A stretch of 64,000 bases of DNA from a virus (Duplodnaviria > Caudoviricetes), in the IMG/VR virus record IMGVR_UViG_2835163134_000004, positions 1,570 to 65,569 of that record; one strand, written 5' to 3'. The notes below the pieces were generated by a model that saw nothing but the letters and a program-made list of their open reading frames with translations, searched no databases and was not told where the DNA came from. The first letter of the stretch is position 1. The number at the start of each line of letters is the position of its first letter. The position numbers and the translations under genes were made by a program. This document shows positions 17,349 to 25,344 of the stretch, one piece after another.

Positions 17349-17546
17349 ATGGATAACCTTTTGCCTTTTGCGAACCATGCCAGCGGCTTTAACGCCGCGC
17401 GGGCCGGTATCGCTGCGGAATACATTAGGCGCAATTTTGCGTCGCGGAACAATTGCCGCGCCAGCGCGGCCTATAATCGGGCCGCGTTGCGAGATGCTTG
17501 CGCCGCGTTGCGTTGCGGCAAAGCCTTGGGAGTCGTGAAATGCTGA
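17349..17546 (+). CDS. Hypothetical protein, early cassette 2
   Basis: AGGA SD; first ORF after the promoter. Confidence 0.6.
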   Translation: MDNLLPFANHASGFNAARAGIAAEYIRRNFASRNNCRASAAYNRAALRDACAALRCGKALGVVKC

Positions 17547-17749
17547 TCCGCGCCGCCAAGCCGCGCCCCGTCATCATTGCGGCCCGGAAAGCCGCGCGCG
17601 CCGCTGGGGCGATGACCTACGCCGGGAATCCGTGTCACGCCGGGCATGATGGGACTCGCTACACCGCAACGCGGCAATGCGTGGCTTGCGCCAAGGCGGC
17701 CCGGCTGGCCCAGACCGAACGCGAAAAAGCCGAAAGGGGCGCCAAATGA
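17540..17749 (+). CDS. Small Zn-binding hypothetical protein
   Basis: GNPCHAGHDGTRYTATRQCVAC, a C-H-C-C motif often seen in phage proteins. Confidence 0.65.
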   Translation: MLIRAAKPRPVIIAARKAARAAGAMTYAGNPCHAGHDGTRYTATRQCVACAKAARLAQTEREKAERGAK

Positions 17750-17823
17750 GTTTCGCCGCTGGACTGGCCCTTGCCGTGATCTGCGCCGGGCTTTTCGCAA
17801 CTTGGGCCGCGCCGCGCCTTTAG
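17746..17823 (+). CDS. Putative small membrane peptide (25 aa)
   Basis: MSFAAGLALAVICAGLFATWAAPRL; ATGA-coupled; below the ORF-track cutoff. Confidence 0.45.
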   Translation: MSFAAGLALAVICAGLFATWAAPRL

Positions 17824-17862
17824 CGGGCCATTTGATCAACAAAAAGTGGAGCAAGAAACACG

Positions 17863-18861
17863 ATGACGAACAAAACACCATGGCAACGCGCCACGGCCCC
17901 GGATTGCACGCTTTCCGAAGCGTGGCACGCCTCGCCCTATGTCAGCACCGAAGCCGCGCCCCGCAATATCGCTTTGGTCCGGGCTTTCCGGTTTCATCGC
18001 GGCCGCATGGTCGGGCCGCGCGCCTTGCGCATCAGCGCCACGGCCGCCTTGGCTTTCGCGCAGCAGGACGTGGAACAGGGCAAAGCCCGCTGGCCCGGCC
18101 ATGGCACCACCCAAGCCGGGGCGCCGGATGAGCAAGGCTTGCGCTATGTCGAGAACCCGACCGCCATGGGCCTTCGGCTTGTCGGCTATGTCCGGCCCGA
18201 GTTCCGTCATGCCCGCGTCTGGCATGACGGCGATATGGGGTATTACGACAACCCCTATTCCGAGTCGTGCCGCGACGGTTCAGGGCTGATTTATGGCGTG
18301 GTTTATCAACTGCCGGGCCGGAACGGCGAGTCGCGCTTCGTCGCGGGTTACGTCGCGGGCGGGGATTGTGGCGACGGCGCAACCATTGATTTGGGCCGGG
18401 TCTTCACCGATCCGCGCGGCGATTATTACGCAGCGCCGGGCGACCTCGACGCGGCACGCGACGCGGCCCGCGCGGCCGACTCCATCGCGGAACACGCGGC
18501 GGAACAGGCGCGGGAACATGAAACGGCTTGGCGCGCCGGAAGCGAATGGCGTGAAGCCGTGGAACGGATCAAAGACGCGCGCCGGGAATATTACGCCTTG
18601 AACGCTGAGCGGCGGATGATGCGCCGCCGTATTGGCGCGATGCCCGGCGTTGAATTGATCTGCGCCACGATCCGCAAAAATCTTTTGGCCCTGGCCGATG
18701 AAATCGGAGAGGCGCGGGACCGCATGACCGAATTGGCGCGGGACCGCATGACCGAATTGGCGCGGGGCGACTGTTCCACGCTCTGCTTTTACCCCAGCGA
18801 CGTTTTGCGGGCCGCGTTTTGCGACGGCGCCGACTTGCCGCTCGACGCATTCCCGGCCTGA
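17863..18861 (+). CDS. Hypothetical protein (332 aa) with an in-frame 24-bp tandem duplication
   Basis: Long ORF; ARDRMTEL duplicated at 18711-18758. Confidence 0.8.
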   Translation: MTNKTPWQRATAPDCTLSEAWHASPYVSTEAAPRNIALVRAFRFHRGRMVGPRALRISATAALAFAQQDVEQGKARWPGHGTTQAGAPDEQGLRYVENPTAMGLRLVGYVRPEFRHARVWHDGDMGYYDNPYSESCRDGSGLIYGVVYQLPGRNGESRFVAGYVAGGDCGDGATIDLGRVFTDPRGDYYAAPGDLDAARDAARAADSIAEHAAEQAREHETAWRAGSEWREAVERIKDARREYYALNAERRMMRRRIGAMPGVELICATIRKNLLALADEIGEARDRMTELARDRMTELARGDCSTLCFYPSDVLRAAFCDGADLPLDAFPA

Positions 18862-18898
18862 AACCCGCAACACAGCCTGAAGCAAGGAAACCCGAACG

Positions 18899-19666
18899 AT
18901 GACTTTCACGCTTGACGACGCCAAAGCCATGGCCCCGGAAAATGCTTTTGACGTGACGGCGGAAAACTACGTCGCCCGCTGGAAGACTCCGAATGAATAT
19001 CACCGCGAAGGCTATGTGACTGGCGCGCGTTTCGCGGCTTTCGCCTTGGCCCGCGACATTTTGACCGAATTGCAGCCCGAGTTGACGGGCTGGACCGTCG
19101 CCACCTATGACAACGAACCCGCCACGCTCAACTCCGACCGGGTTTCGCTGCGGAAAGGCCCGGCCCGTATTTGGCTGACGTGCCAATCTTGGGGCGCGGC
19201 CGGGTTTCAGCGTGTGAAATTCCAAGCCTATTGCGTGTCGGAAGACAATCGCAGCGGCCCGAGTGTTGAAGCCAGTGCGGCGCTTGACCGTGGCGCGGCC
19301 GCCATCGCCAAGGAAATCAAGCGCCGCATCCTGCCCCGGCTGGAAGATTTGACCAAGGCGCAAAACACCAAAGACAAGGCGGCCCGTGAAACGGCCGCGC
19401 GTTTTGCCGCCAAGCTGGAAAAGTTGATCCGCAAATACCCCGATCTGCGGATCAAGGCGGAACAGCCCGAAAAGGCCGATTACATCAGCGTAAGCACGAA
19501 ATACGGCGCCGCCATTTCCGCCGATCTGCGGATCTATGAAACGTCGGCTCGGCCCGACGGTGAATTGGTTTGGCGCGCAATGCCGCGCAGCGGCTACGGG
19601 GTTTCGATTGACGACATTGACTCCAAGGCGGGCCGCGAATTTTTCGCCCTGCTTAATCGTGCGTGA
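18899..19666 (+). CDS. Hypothetical protein (255 aa)
   Basis: AAGGA SD; long ORF in operon orientation. Confidence 0.8.
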   Translation: MTFTLDDAKAMAPENAFDVTAENYVARWKTPNEYHREGYVTGARFAAFALARDILTELQPELTGWTVATYDNEPATLNSDRVSLRKGPARIWLTCQSWGAAGFQRVKFQAYCVSEDNRSGPSVEASAALDRGAAAIAKEIKRRILPRLEDLTKAQNTKDKAARETAARFAAKLEKLIRKYPDLRIKAEQPEKADYISVSTKYGAAISADLRIYETSARPDGELVWRAMPRSGYGVSIDDIDSKAGREFFALLNRA

Positions 19667-19670
19667 CACG

Positions 19671-19793
19671 ATGAACAGCCCCGCAATGCAATGGCTTGGC
19701 GATGCAATCGGCGCCCTGACTCTGGTTATCGGCTTCCCGTTCGGGGCGCCCTACGCCGTGGCGCTGATCCGCGCCGCCTTGTCCTATCTTTGA
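19671..19793 (+). CDS. Putative small membrane peptide (40 aa)
   Basis: MNSPAMQWLGDAIGALTLVIGFPFGAPYAVALIRAALSYL. Confidence 0.5.
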   Translation: MNSPAMQWLGDAIGALTLVIGFPFGAPYAVALIRAALSYL

Positions 19794-19815
19794 AACTCCA
19801 ATAGGGGAATCCGCA

Positions 19816-20307
19816 ATGCCGAAATTTGTGATGGATGGCCGCGACGAAGCGGCGCGCCGGGAAAGCCAATTCGTTTTCGGTTTCATCGAAGCAATGTTTT
19901 TCACGGAAACCGAACCCGGAACCTGTATCGCGGAATGGCATGACGCCGAAGCCGTGGCGATGCGGGAATCCGGTCAATGGGCCGCGCTTCCCGGTGATGC
20001 GGGTTATACCGATCTGCACCCCGACACGCTGGCCCGGATTCGCGCGGATTGCGAAGCCTGGCAAAACGCCCATGTCGATCTTTTGGCGCTGGCCTATGAC
20101 CGGCCCGGATATGATGAGGCGCAAGCCGGGCGGGACTATTGGTTTACCCGCAACGGCCACGGAGTCGGCTTTTGGGACCGCAAGGAATTGCGGGCCGATG
20201 ATCTGGGCGAAAAACTTTCGCAGGCGTGCCGCTACAGCGAATTGAACCCGTTTTTCGGCAACCATGTGAGCCATGGTGACGCGCCATTCGTTCACCTCGA
20301 CATTTAA
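19816..20307 (+). CDS. Conserved-looking phage hypothetical protein
   Basis: AGRDYWFTRNGHGVGFWDR motif typical of a widespread uncharacterised phage early protein; GGGGA SD. Confidence 0.75.
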   Translation: MPKFVMDGRDEAARRESQFVFGFIEAMFFTETEPGTCIAEWHDAEAVAMRESGQWAALPGDAGYTDLHPDTLARIRADCEAWQNAHVDLLALAYDRPGYDEAQAGRDYWFTRNGHGVGFWDRKELRADDLGEKLSQACRYSELNPFFGNHVSHGDAPFVHLDI

Positions 20308-20324
20308 CGCAAGGAATAACCGCG

Positions 20325-20468
20325 ATGTTGCACCCCGACGACGACCTTAGCCCAAAGCAACGCCGCGCCGTGGCGCGCCATTGGCACCGCCTGCAAGTCA
20401 CCCTGCCCGGCATGGGCGCGGGGCGGCGCATCTCGACCCGCAACCCGATCAAGGAGTCGGCCAAATGA
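20325..20468 (+). CDS. Small hypothetical protein (47 aa)
   Basis: AAGGA SD; stop overlaps the next start. Confidence 0.5.
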   Translation: MLHPDDDLSPKQRRAVARHWHRLQVTLPGMGAGRRISTRNPIKESAK

Positions 20469-20788
20469 TGGCACCCCGCCAAATGCCGCGCCGCTATCTC
20501 GACGGCGCCCCGCCAATTGTCGCGGCGCAAGTTCTGGACCTGTTCCGCATCACCCCGGCCGCGCCGCTGGATTTTGACCTGATCCTGAAGCCCGATCCGG
20601 CCGACTCCGAAGTGCTTGGCCTGGACTTCGGCGCCTATGGCACGCGGGGCACGCATTTTTTCCTGACCCGCCATGAGGCGCGCGCCTATCGTGCCAGGAA
20701 CAGCCGCCGCCGCGTGGCATGGGCCGATCTGCCGACCGCCACGCAACGCGCGATTGTGGCATATCTGGAATGGGACCCCGCCGAATGA
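20465..20788 (+). CDS. Hypothetical protein
   Basis: AAGGAG SD; ATGA coupling on both sides. Confidence 0.65.
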   Translation: MMAPRQMPRRYLDGAPPIVAAQVLDLFRITPAAPLDFDLILKPDPADSEVLGLDFGAYGTRGTHFFLTRHEARAYRARNSRRRVAWADLPTATQRAIVAYLEWDPAE

Positions 20789-21030
20789 CTCTTTCCGTCA
20801 AGCTGATCATCGGGGCGAATGCCTATGCTTGCGTCACGCATGACGCGGGCCAGACAGACATTCGCCTTTCGCCGGGTAAATCCGCCGTCGCTTCGCTTCG
20901 GGAATACGCCACGGAATGCGAAGCGCGCGCCGCGCGGGAAAAGGACAAGGCGGAACTGGCACGCCGGGCCGCCGATCATTTGGAACGTGACGCCGGGCCG
21001 GGACTGGCGCGACGCGGCGCCCCGGTCTAG
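20785..21030 (+). CDS. Hypothetical protein
   Basis: ATGA-coupled ORF, MTLSVKLIIG... Confidence 0.6.
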   Translation: MTLSVKLIIGANAYACVTHDAGQTDIRLSPGKSAVASLREYATECEARAAREKDKAELARRAADHLERDAGPGLARRGAPV

Positions 21031-21040
21031 GCTTTTCCGC

Positions 21041-22279
21041 ATGACGACCGCACCGCAAGCCATTGCTCTGGGCCGAGGCGGCCGCAACGCCCCCGGAATC
21101 CCGCTGCACCTCCTGACGCGGCACGCCCTTGTTACGGGCCAGACCGGCACGGGCAAAACCGTAACGCTATTGAGCGTTGCGGAACAGCTTTCGCGGGCCG
21201 GGGTGCCCTTGCTTCTGCCCGACGTGAAAGGCGATCTAAGCGCCATTGCGCGAAGCGTTCCCGGCGTCACGCGGCTGGACGTGATGAGCGGCGCGGCCCA
21301 GATACCGCTTTGGGACTTCGGCGCCGATCTTCTGGGCCGCGCGATGGAACTAAGCGAACCCCAAGCCGCTACCCTGGAAATTGTTTTTGCCTGGGCCGAT
21401 GACACGGGCGCCCCGCTCGACACGCTGGCCGATCTTCGGGCCGCGCTGGCCCGCGTGCTGGGCCAGCGCGACGCGGTTTCGCGGCATTACGGCTATGTTT
21501 CGCAAGTCAGCCTTGGAGTCGTTCAACGCGGCGTGCTGCGACTGGAACGCGCCGGGGCGGCCCCGATCTTCGGCCCGGCCCGGCTTGACATTGCGGCGCT
21601 GGTGGATCAACCGGGCCGCGTGACCCTGCTAGACGCGACGCGGCTCTTTCAATCGCCCCGGCTTTACGGCGCGGTAATGCTACGGCTGTTGCGGGAATTG
21701 TGGCGCCGTTTCCCGGAACGGGGCGACGCGGCCCGGCCCCGGTTCGCTCTGGCAATAGATGAGGCGCACGCCCTTTTTGCTGAAGCTGGCCCGGCGTTGC
21801 TGCGCCAGACGGAACAGACGGCCCGGCTTATCCGTTCCAAAGGCGTCGCCCTGATCCTCGCCAGTCAGATGGAGTCTGACGTTCCTGCCATCGTGGCGGA
21901 ACAATGCGCCAGCCGTATCAGGCACGATAGGGCGCTAGGCATCGGTCGGGCCGAACTTGTGACGCTGGACCGCGCCTCGGGCCGGGCCACGGCGCCGGAA
22001 ATTGTATGTCCCGTCATGCCGGATTGCGGCACGGCGCCTTGCGACGCCGTGCCCGCGATGACGCTGGCACCAGCGTCGCGCCCCGCTGATCCGGCCGCGC
22101 CGATTAGCGCCGAACCGTGGCGCGACGCCGGGGCGGTATTGGCCGCGCTGCTTTTCGTCGCCGCGCCTATCGTCGCCGTGGCCCTGATCGTCTGGGGCGG
22201 CGGTGGAGCCTTCCTTTTCGGTGTTTTGCTGGCCCTTGGCCTAGTATTCCTGTTCAACCCGCCCCGGCCCGGCGGTTGA
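21041..22279 (+). CDS. HerA/FtsK-family ATPase (DUF853/YjgR-like), shortened, with C-terminal transmembrane hairpin
   Basis: RHALVTGQTGTGKTVTL..AEQLSRAGVP....DVKGDLS (YjgR-like Walker A region), AIDEAH Walker B, RLIRSKGV and two hydrophobic helices at the C-terminus. Confidence 0.8.
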   Translation: MTTAPQAIALGRGGRNAPGIPLHLLTRHALVTGQTGTGKTVTLLSVAEQLSRAGVPLLLPDVKGDLSAIARSVPGVTRLDVMSGAAQIPLWDFGADLLGRAMELSEPQAATLEIVFAWADDTGAPLDTLADLRAALARVLGQRDAVSRHYGYVSQVSLGVVQRGVLRLERAGAAPIFGPARLDIAALVDQPGRVTLLDATRLFQSPRLYGAVMLRLLRELWRRFPERGDAARPRFALAIDEAHALFAEAGPALLRQTEQTARLIRSKGVALILASQMESDVPAIVAEQCASRIRHDRALGIGRAELVTLDRASGRATAPEIVCPVMPDCGTAPCDAVPAMTLAPASRPADPAAPISAEPWRDAGAVLAALLFVAAPIVAVALIVWGGGGAFLFGVLLALGLVFLFNPPRPGG

Positions 22280-22325
22280 AATACGACGGGCCGCCGCACC
22301 AATCCGCCCCAGGTTCTAACCATGG

Positions 22326-22358
22326 CCCGCGCCACGCAAGGCGCGGGTTTTCGCTGTT
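22326..22358 (+). terminator. Rho-independent terminator of cassette 2
   Basis: CCCGCGCC-ACGCAA-GGCGCGGG followed by TTTTCGCTGTT. Confidence 0.75.
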
Positions 22359-23180
22359 CCGGCTGGCGCCCTGGCGCCCTGATCCTCGAGCGGCCCGGCG
22401 CCCTGGCGTGCTGATCCTCGACCGGCCCGGCGCCTGATCCTCGAGCGGCCCGGCGCCCCGATCCTCGAGCGGCCCGGCGCCCCGATCCTCGAGCGGCCCG
22501 GCGCCCTGATCCTCGACCGGCCCGGCGTGCTGGCGTGCTGATCCTCGACCGGCTGGCGTGCTGATCCTCGACCGGCTGGCGCCCCGATCCTCGAGCGGCC
22601 CGGCGCCCCGATCCTCGACCGGCCCGGCGTGCTGATCCTCGACCGGCTGGCGTGCTGATCCTCGACCGGCTGGCGCCCCGATCCTCGAGCGGCCCGGCGC
22701 CCCGATCCTCGACCGGCCCGGCGTGCTGGCGCCCCGATCCTCGAGCGGCCCGGCGCCCCGATCCTCGACCGGCCCGGCGTACTGGCGCCCCGATCCTCGA
22801 GCGGCCCGGCGCCCTGATCCTCGAGCGGCTGGCGCCCTGATCCTCGAGCGGCCCGGCGCCCCGATCCCCGACCGGCTGGCGCCCCGATCCTCGACCGGCC
22901 CGGCGCCCCGATCCTCGAGCGGTCCGGCGCCCTGATCCTCGAGCGGCCCGGCGCCCCGATCCCCGACCGGCTGGCGCCCCGATCCCCGACCGGCTGGCGC
23001 CCCGATCCTCGACCGGCCCGGCGCCCCGATCCTCGAGCGGCCCGGCGCCCTGGCGCCCCGATCCTCGAGCGGCCCGGCGCCCTGGCGGCCCGATCCCCGA
23101 CCGGCTGGCGCCCCGATCCCCGACCGGCTGGCGCCCCGATCCCCGACCGGCTGGCGCCCCGATCCCCGACCGGCTGGCGG
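22359..23180 (+). repeat. 23/24-bp modular array A3 (32 units)
   Basis: 32 cores counted between 22381 and 23161; same grammar and orientation as A1 and A2. Confidence 0.98.
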
Positions 23181-23705
23181 TCAATCTACCAGAAGCCCGG
23201 CGCGCCGGGCTTCTTGCATGAGCCATTCGTGGTTGTCCAAGCCGTCAACCTTGGCGTCACTTGGGTCAATTCGCCTTGGGGGATACCCCGTCGCCGTCAC
23301 GGAGTCGCATGTGAAATCGCCCCTGATAACCGCGCCGTGTAGGTTCTGGGCGTCAAACTCGACAACCCATTGCCAGTTGATCGGGTTCGGCGGGTTGGCT
23401 TTCCATTCTTCCCGCCGCTGATCCCATTGGCGCGTTTCGTGGCCCATTGCGCCCGGCCTTGGGGCGAAGCCAGCCATGTATTCCTCTGGCGTCATAGCGA
23501 ATTGGTATAGCTTGGCATCGCGGCGCTTGTATGTCGCAGGCGATATTATCCTATCTAGGAACGCGGTTTCACAACTCGCAAGCCACGCGGTTCCGCTGCG
23601 ATTTTCGTATTCCCGGTATCCGAAATATAGCATGGCGCCAAAACCGATTGCCACACCTACGCCTATTAGATTCACACGCTTCAGCGCCACGTCATCCCGC
23701 TCCAA
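23181..23705 (-). CDS. Membrane-anchored hypothetical protein (moron-like, antisense to the early operon)
   Basis: N-terminal helix LIGVGVAIGFGAMLYFGY; stop codon abuts the last unit of array A3. Confidence 0.75.
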   Translation of the reverse strand: MERDDVALKRVNLIGVGVAIGFGAMLYFGYREYENRSGTAWLASCETAFLDRIISPATYKRRDAKLYQFAMTPEEYMAGFAPRPGAMGHETRQWDQRREEWKANPPNPINWQWVVEFDAQNLHGAVIRGDFTCDSVTATGYPPRRIDPSDAKVDGLDNHEWLMQEARRAGLLVD

Positions 23706-23942
23706 ATTCTCGTTTCGATTCCGCCAATGCCCTCGCGTGACATGTCAATTTGGCATAATTGTGACGTGACGCACACCGGCAATCCGGTGCTGACACAGTG
23801 CGGGCCGAGGCGTAAGCCCCTTGGATGGATCGCACCCCGCCTGGCCCGGCCCGCGCCAAACTTTTCCGCCAAATCTTTCGACGTTTCAAAACTGGAAGAA
23901 CGCAAAGCCAACCAAAGTTTTGGTATTGCGGCGCCCCTCAGT

Positions 23943-23957
23943 TCAACATAATGTTGA
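23943..23957. promoter_or_regulatory. Operator palindrome
   Basis: TCAAC-ATAAT-GTTGA upstream of the operon starting at 23996. Confidence 0.7.
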
Positions 23958-23995
23958 GCAATCTAGAATCAGGTGGGGCAGAGGGGTCATCCGAA

Positions 23996-24580
23996 ATGAC
24001 GCATGACGGCGAAACATCGGACTGCGACGATCACAACTGGATCGAGCATATCACCCTTGGCGCGCCGACCGTCTTGGTCTGCACGAAATGCGGCCTGCGA
24101 CGCGCCATCGTTGCTGGCAATCAACCCGGCCACGACTGTCAGCAACCGAATCTGGTGATAGTGCCCAAAGTCCTGCTGATAGCATCGGATCGTGGCGTTT
24201 GCGTCGGTGGTCGCTGGGACGGGTGGATGATGGTGAAGCACCCCAACGGGCAATGGGTTTCGCATCACAAATTGGATGCGGTCAGCCCGATTACGGAAAT
24301 GTCCGACTTGTTGCGCGCCATCGGGACGGGCGGTGGCCCATTGATCCCACTTTCGCCGATGGGCGACAAACCGATAATCGCGCGAGATGCGGAGAGGGCG
24401 CCAGAGATTTCTGCGCTAATCGAGGGCTGGGGCAAGCTGATCTGCGAAGCGGAAATGCAAATGTCGGACGATGCTGATTGCGGCGAACGAATTGATCTGC
24501 GGGACTATGGCGTCTGTGTTGATGTTGATACCGCGAAGGCCACACTCACCGCACTCCGTGCTATCAGGGGTGACGCATGA
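23996..24580 (+). CDS. Hypothetical protein
   Basis: GAGGGG SD; Cys-rich N-terminus; coupled to the next gene. Confidence 0.6.
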   Translation: MTHDGETSDCDDHNWIEHITLGAPTVLVCTKCGLRRAIVAGNQPGHDCQQPNLVIVPKVLLIASDRGVCVGGRWDGWMMVKHPNGQWVSHHKLDAVSPITEMSDLLRAIGTGGGPLIPLSPMGDKPIIARDAERAPEISALIEGWGKLICEAEMQMSDDADCGERIDLRDYGVCVDVDTAKATLTALRAIRGDA

Positions 24581-24792
24581 CCGCCCGACCCGACTTCGAC
24601 CACAACCTTTCGACGGATTGCCCCGTCCCGATCAAAGCCAAGATCACGGCATACATGCGCGCCGTGGAACAGTGGGCCTTCAAAGGCGCGCAACACCCCG
24701 AGGATCACGCAGCCATTGAAATGAATCTGAAGGCGGCGCGTTACAATTTGGAGCAGACCATCCAGAGCGCGTTGAAGCGGGCGGCTAAGTGA
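24577..24792 (+). CDS. Hypothetical protein
   Basis: ATGA-coupled ORF. Confidence 0.65.
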   Translation: MTARPDFDHNLSTDCPVPIKAKITAYMRAVEQWAFKGAQHPEDHAAIEMNLKAARYNLEQTIQSALKRAAK

Positions 24793-24932
24793 TGGCGGCG
24801 TTCGCCGGGTTCGTCGCAGGCGTTCTTTTCACTGGCGCGGTTCAACAACAAAGCGATGGCCTTGCTGCAATGAGCATTGCATCGGCCATTTTCGCAATCA
24901 TTTTCACATTCGAGGCCAACCGAAATGACTGA
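24792..24932 (+). CDS. Putative small two-helix membrane protein (46 aa)
   Basis: TGATG coupling; MAAFAGFVAGVLFTGAV...MSIASAIFAIIFTF. Confidence 0.55.
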   Translation: MAAFAGFVAGVLFTGAVQQQSDGLAAMSIASAIFAIIFTFEANRND

Positions 24933-25344
24933 TCGAAATTGGCGCGAAGCCAAACTTCCGACTTGGGTGAAAGACTCGATCATATCCGAACTCAACGCGG
25001 TTGCCATCCGCGCAGCACTGTCGTGGCCCAACGAAGGGCGGCCCGTGCCTGTGCCATTCCGATGGGGCGACTACGACAACCTGGTTGGAACGCCGGAAGA
25101 AGGCGTGTTCTGGACCACTGAGTTCAATGCTGTCGGTAGCGTCAGAGTTGCGCGCAATGACGGCATTGCCGCGCCGGTTCACAAGACTTGGCGCTTCTCC
25201 TGCGATGGCGGCAATTGGTCCACCACGGTGGTTCGCGGCCCGCTGTTCCGAACCGAGCGAGAAGCGCGTCTCGCACTTCTCTGGCAGCACTGTGATAGGT
25301 TCGCCGTGGAACTCGCGGCCCTGCGCAAACCGCTGTGCATGTGA
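24925..25344 (+). CDS. Hypothetical protein
   Basis: MTDRNWREAKLP...; overlaps both neighbours. Confidence 0.65.
   Translation: MTDRNWREAKLPTWVKDSIISELNAVAIRAALSWPNEGRPVPVPFRWGDYDNLVGTPEEGVFWTTEFNAVGSVRVARNDGIAAPVHKTWRFSCDGGNWSTTVVRGPLFRTEREARLALLWQHCDRFAVELAALRKPLCM

Noticed and set aside
14605-23180. CRISPR or TIGR-type guide array
   Set aside because: No unique spacers (variation comes from a few recurring modules) and no cas or Nop-domain gene recognised; DUF2800 is a normal replication-module nuclease.
16061-23180. Arrays as RecBCD Chi-site clusters (GCTGGCG resembles GCTGGTGG)
   Set aside because: Not an exact match, on the wrong strand for an enzyme entering from the candidate end, and alphaproteobacteria use AddAB.
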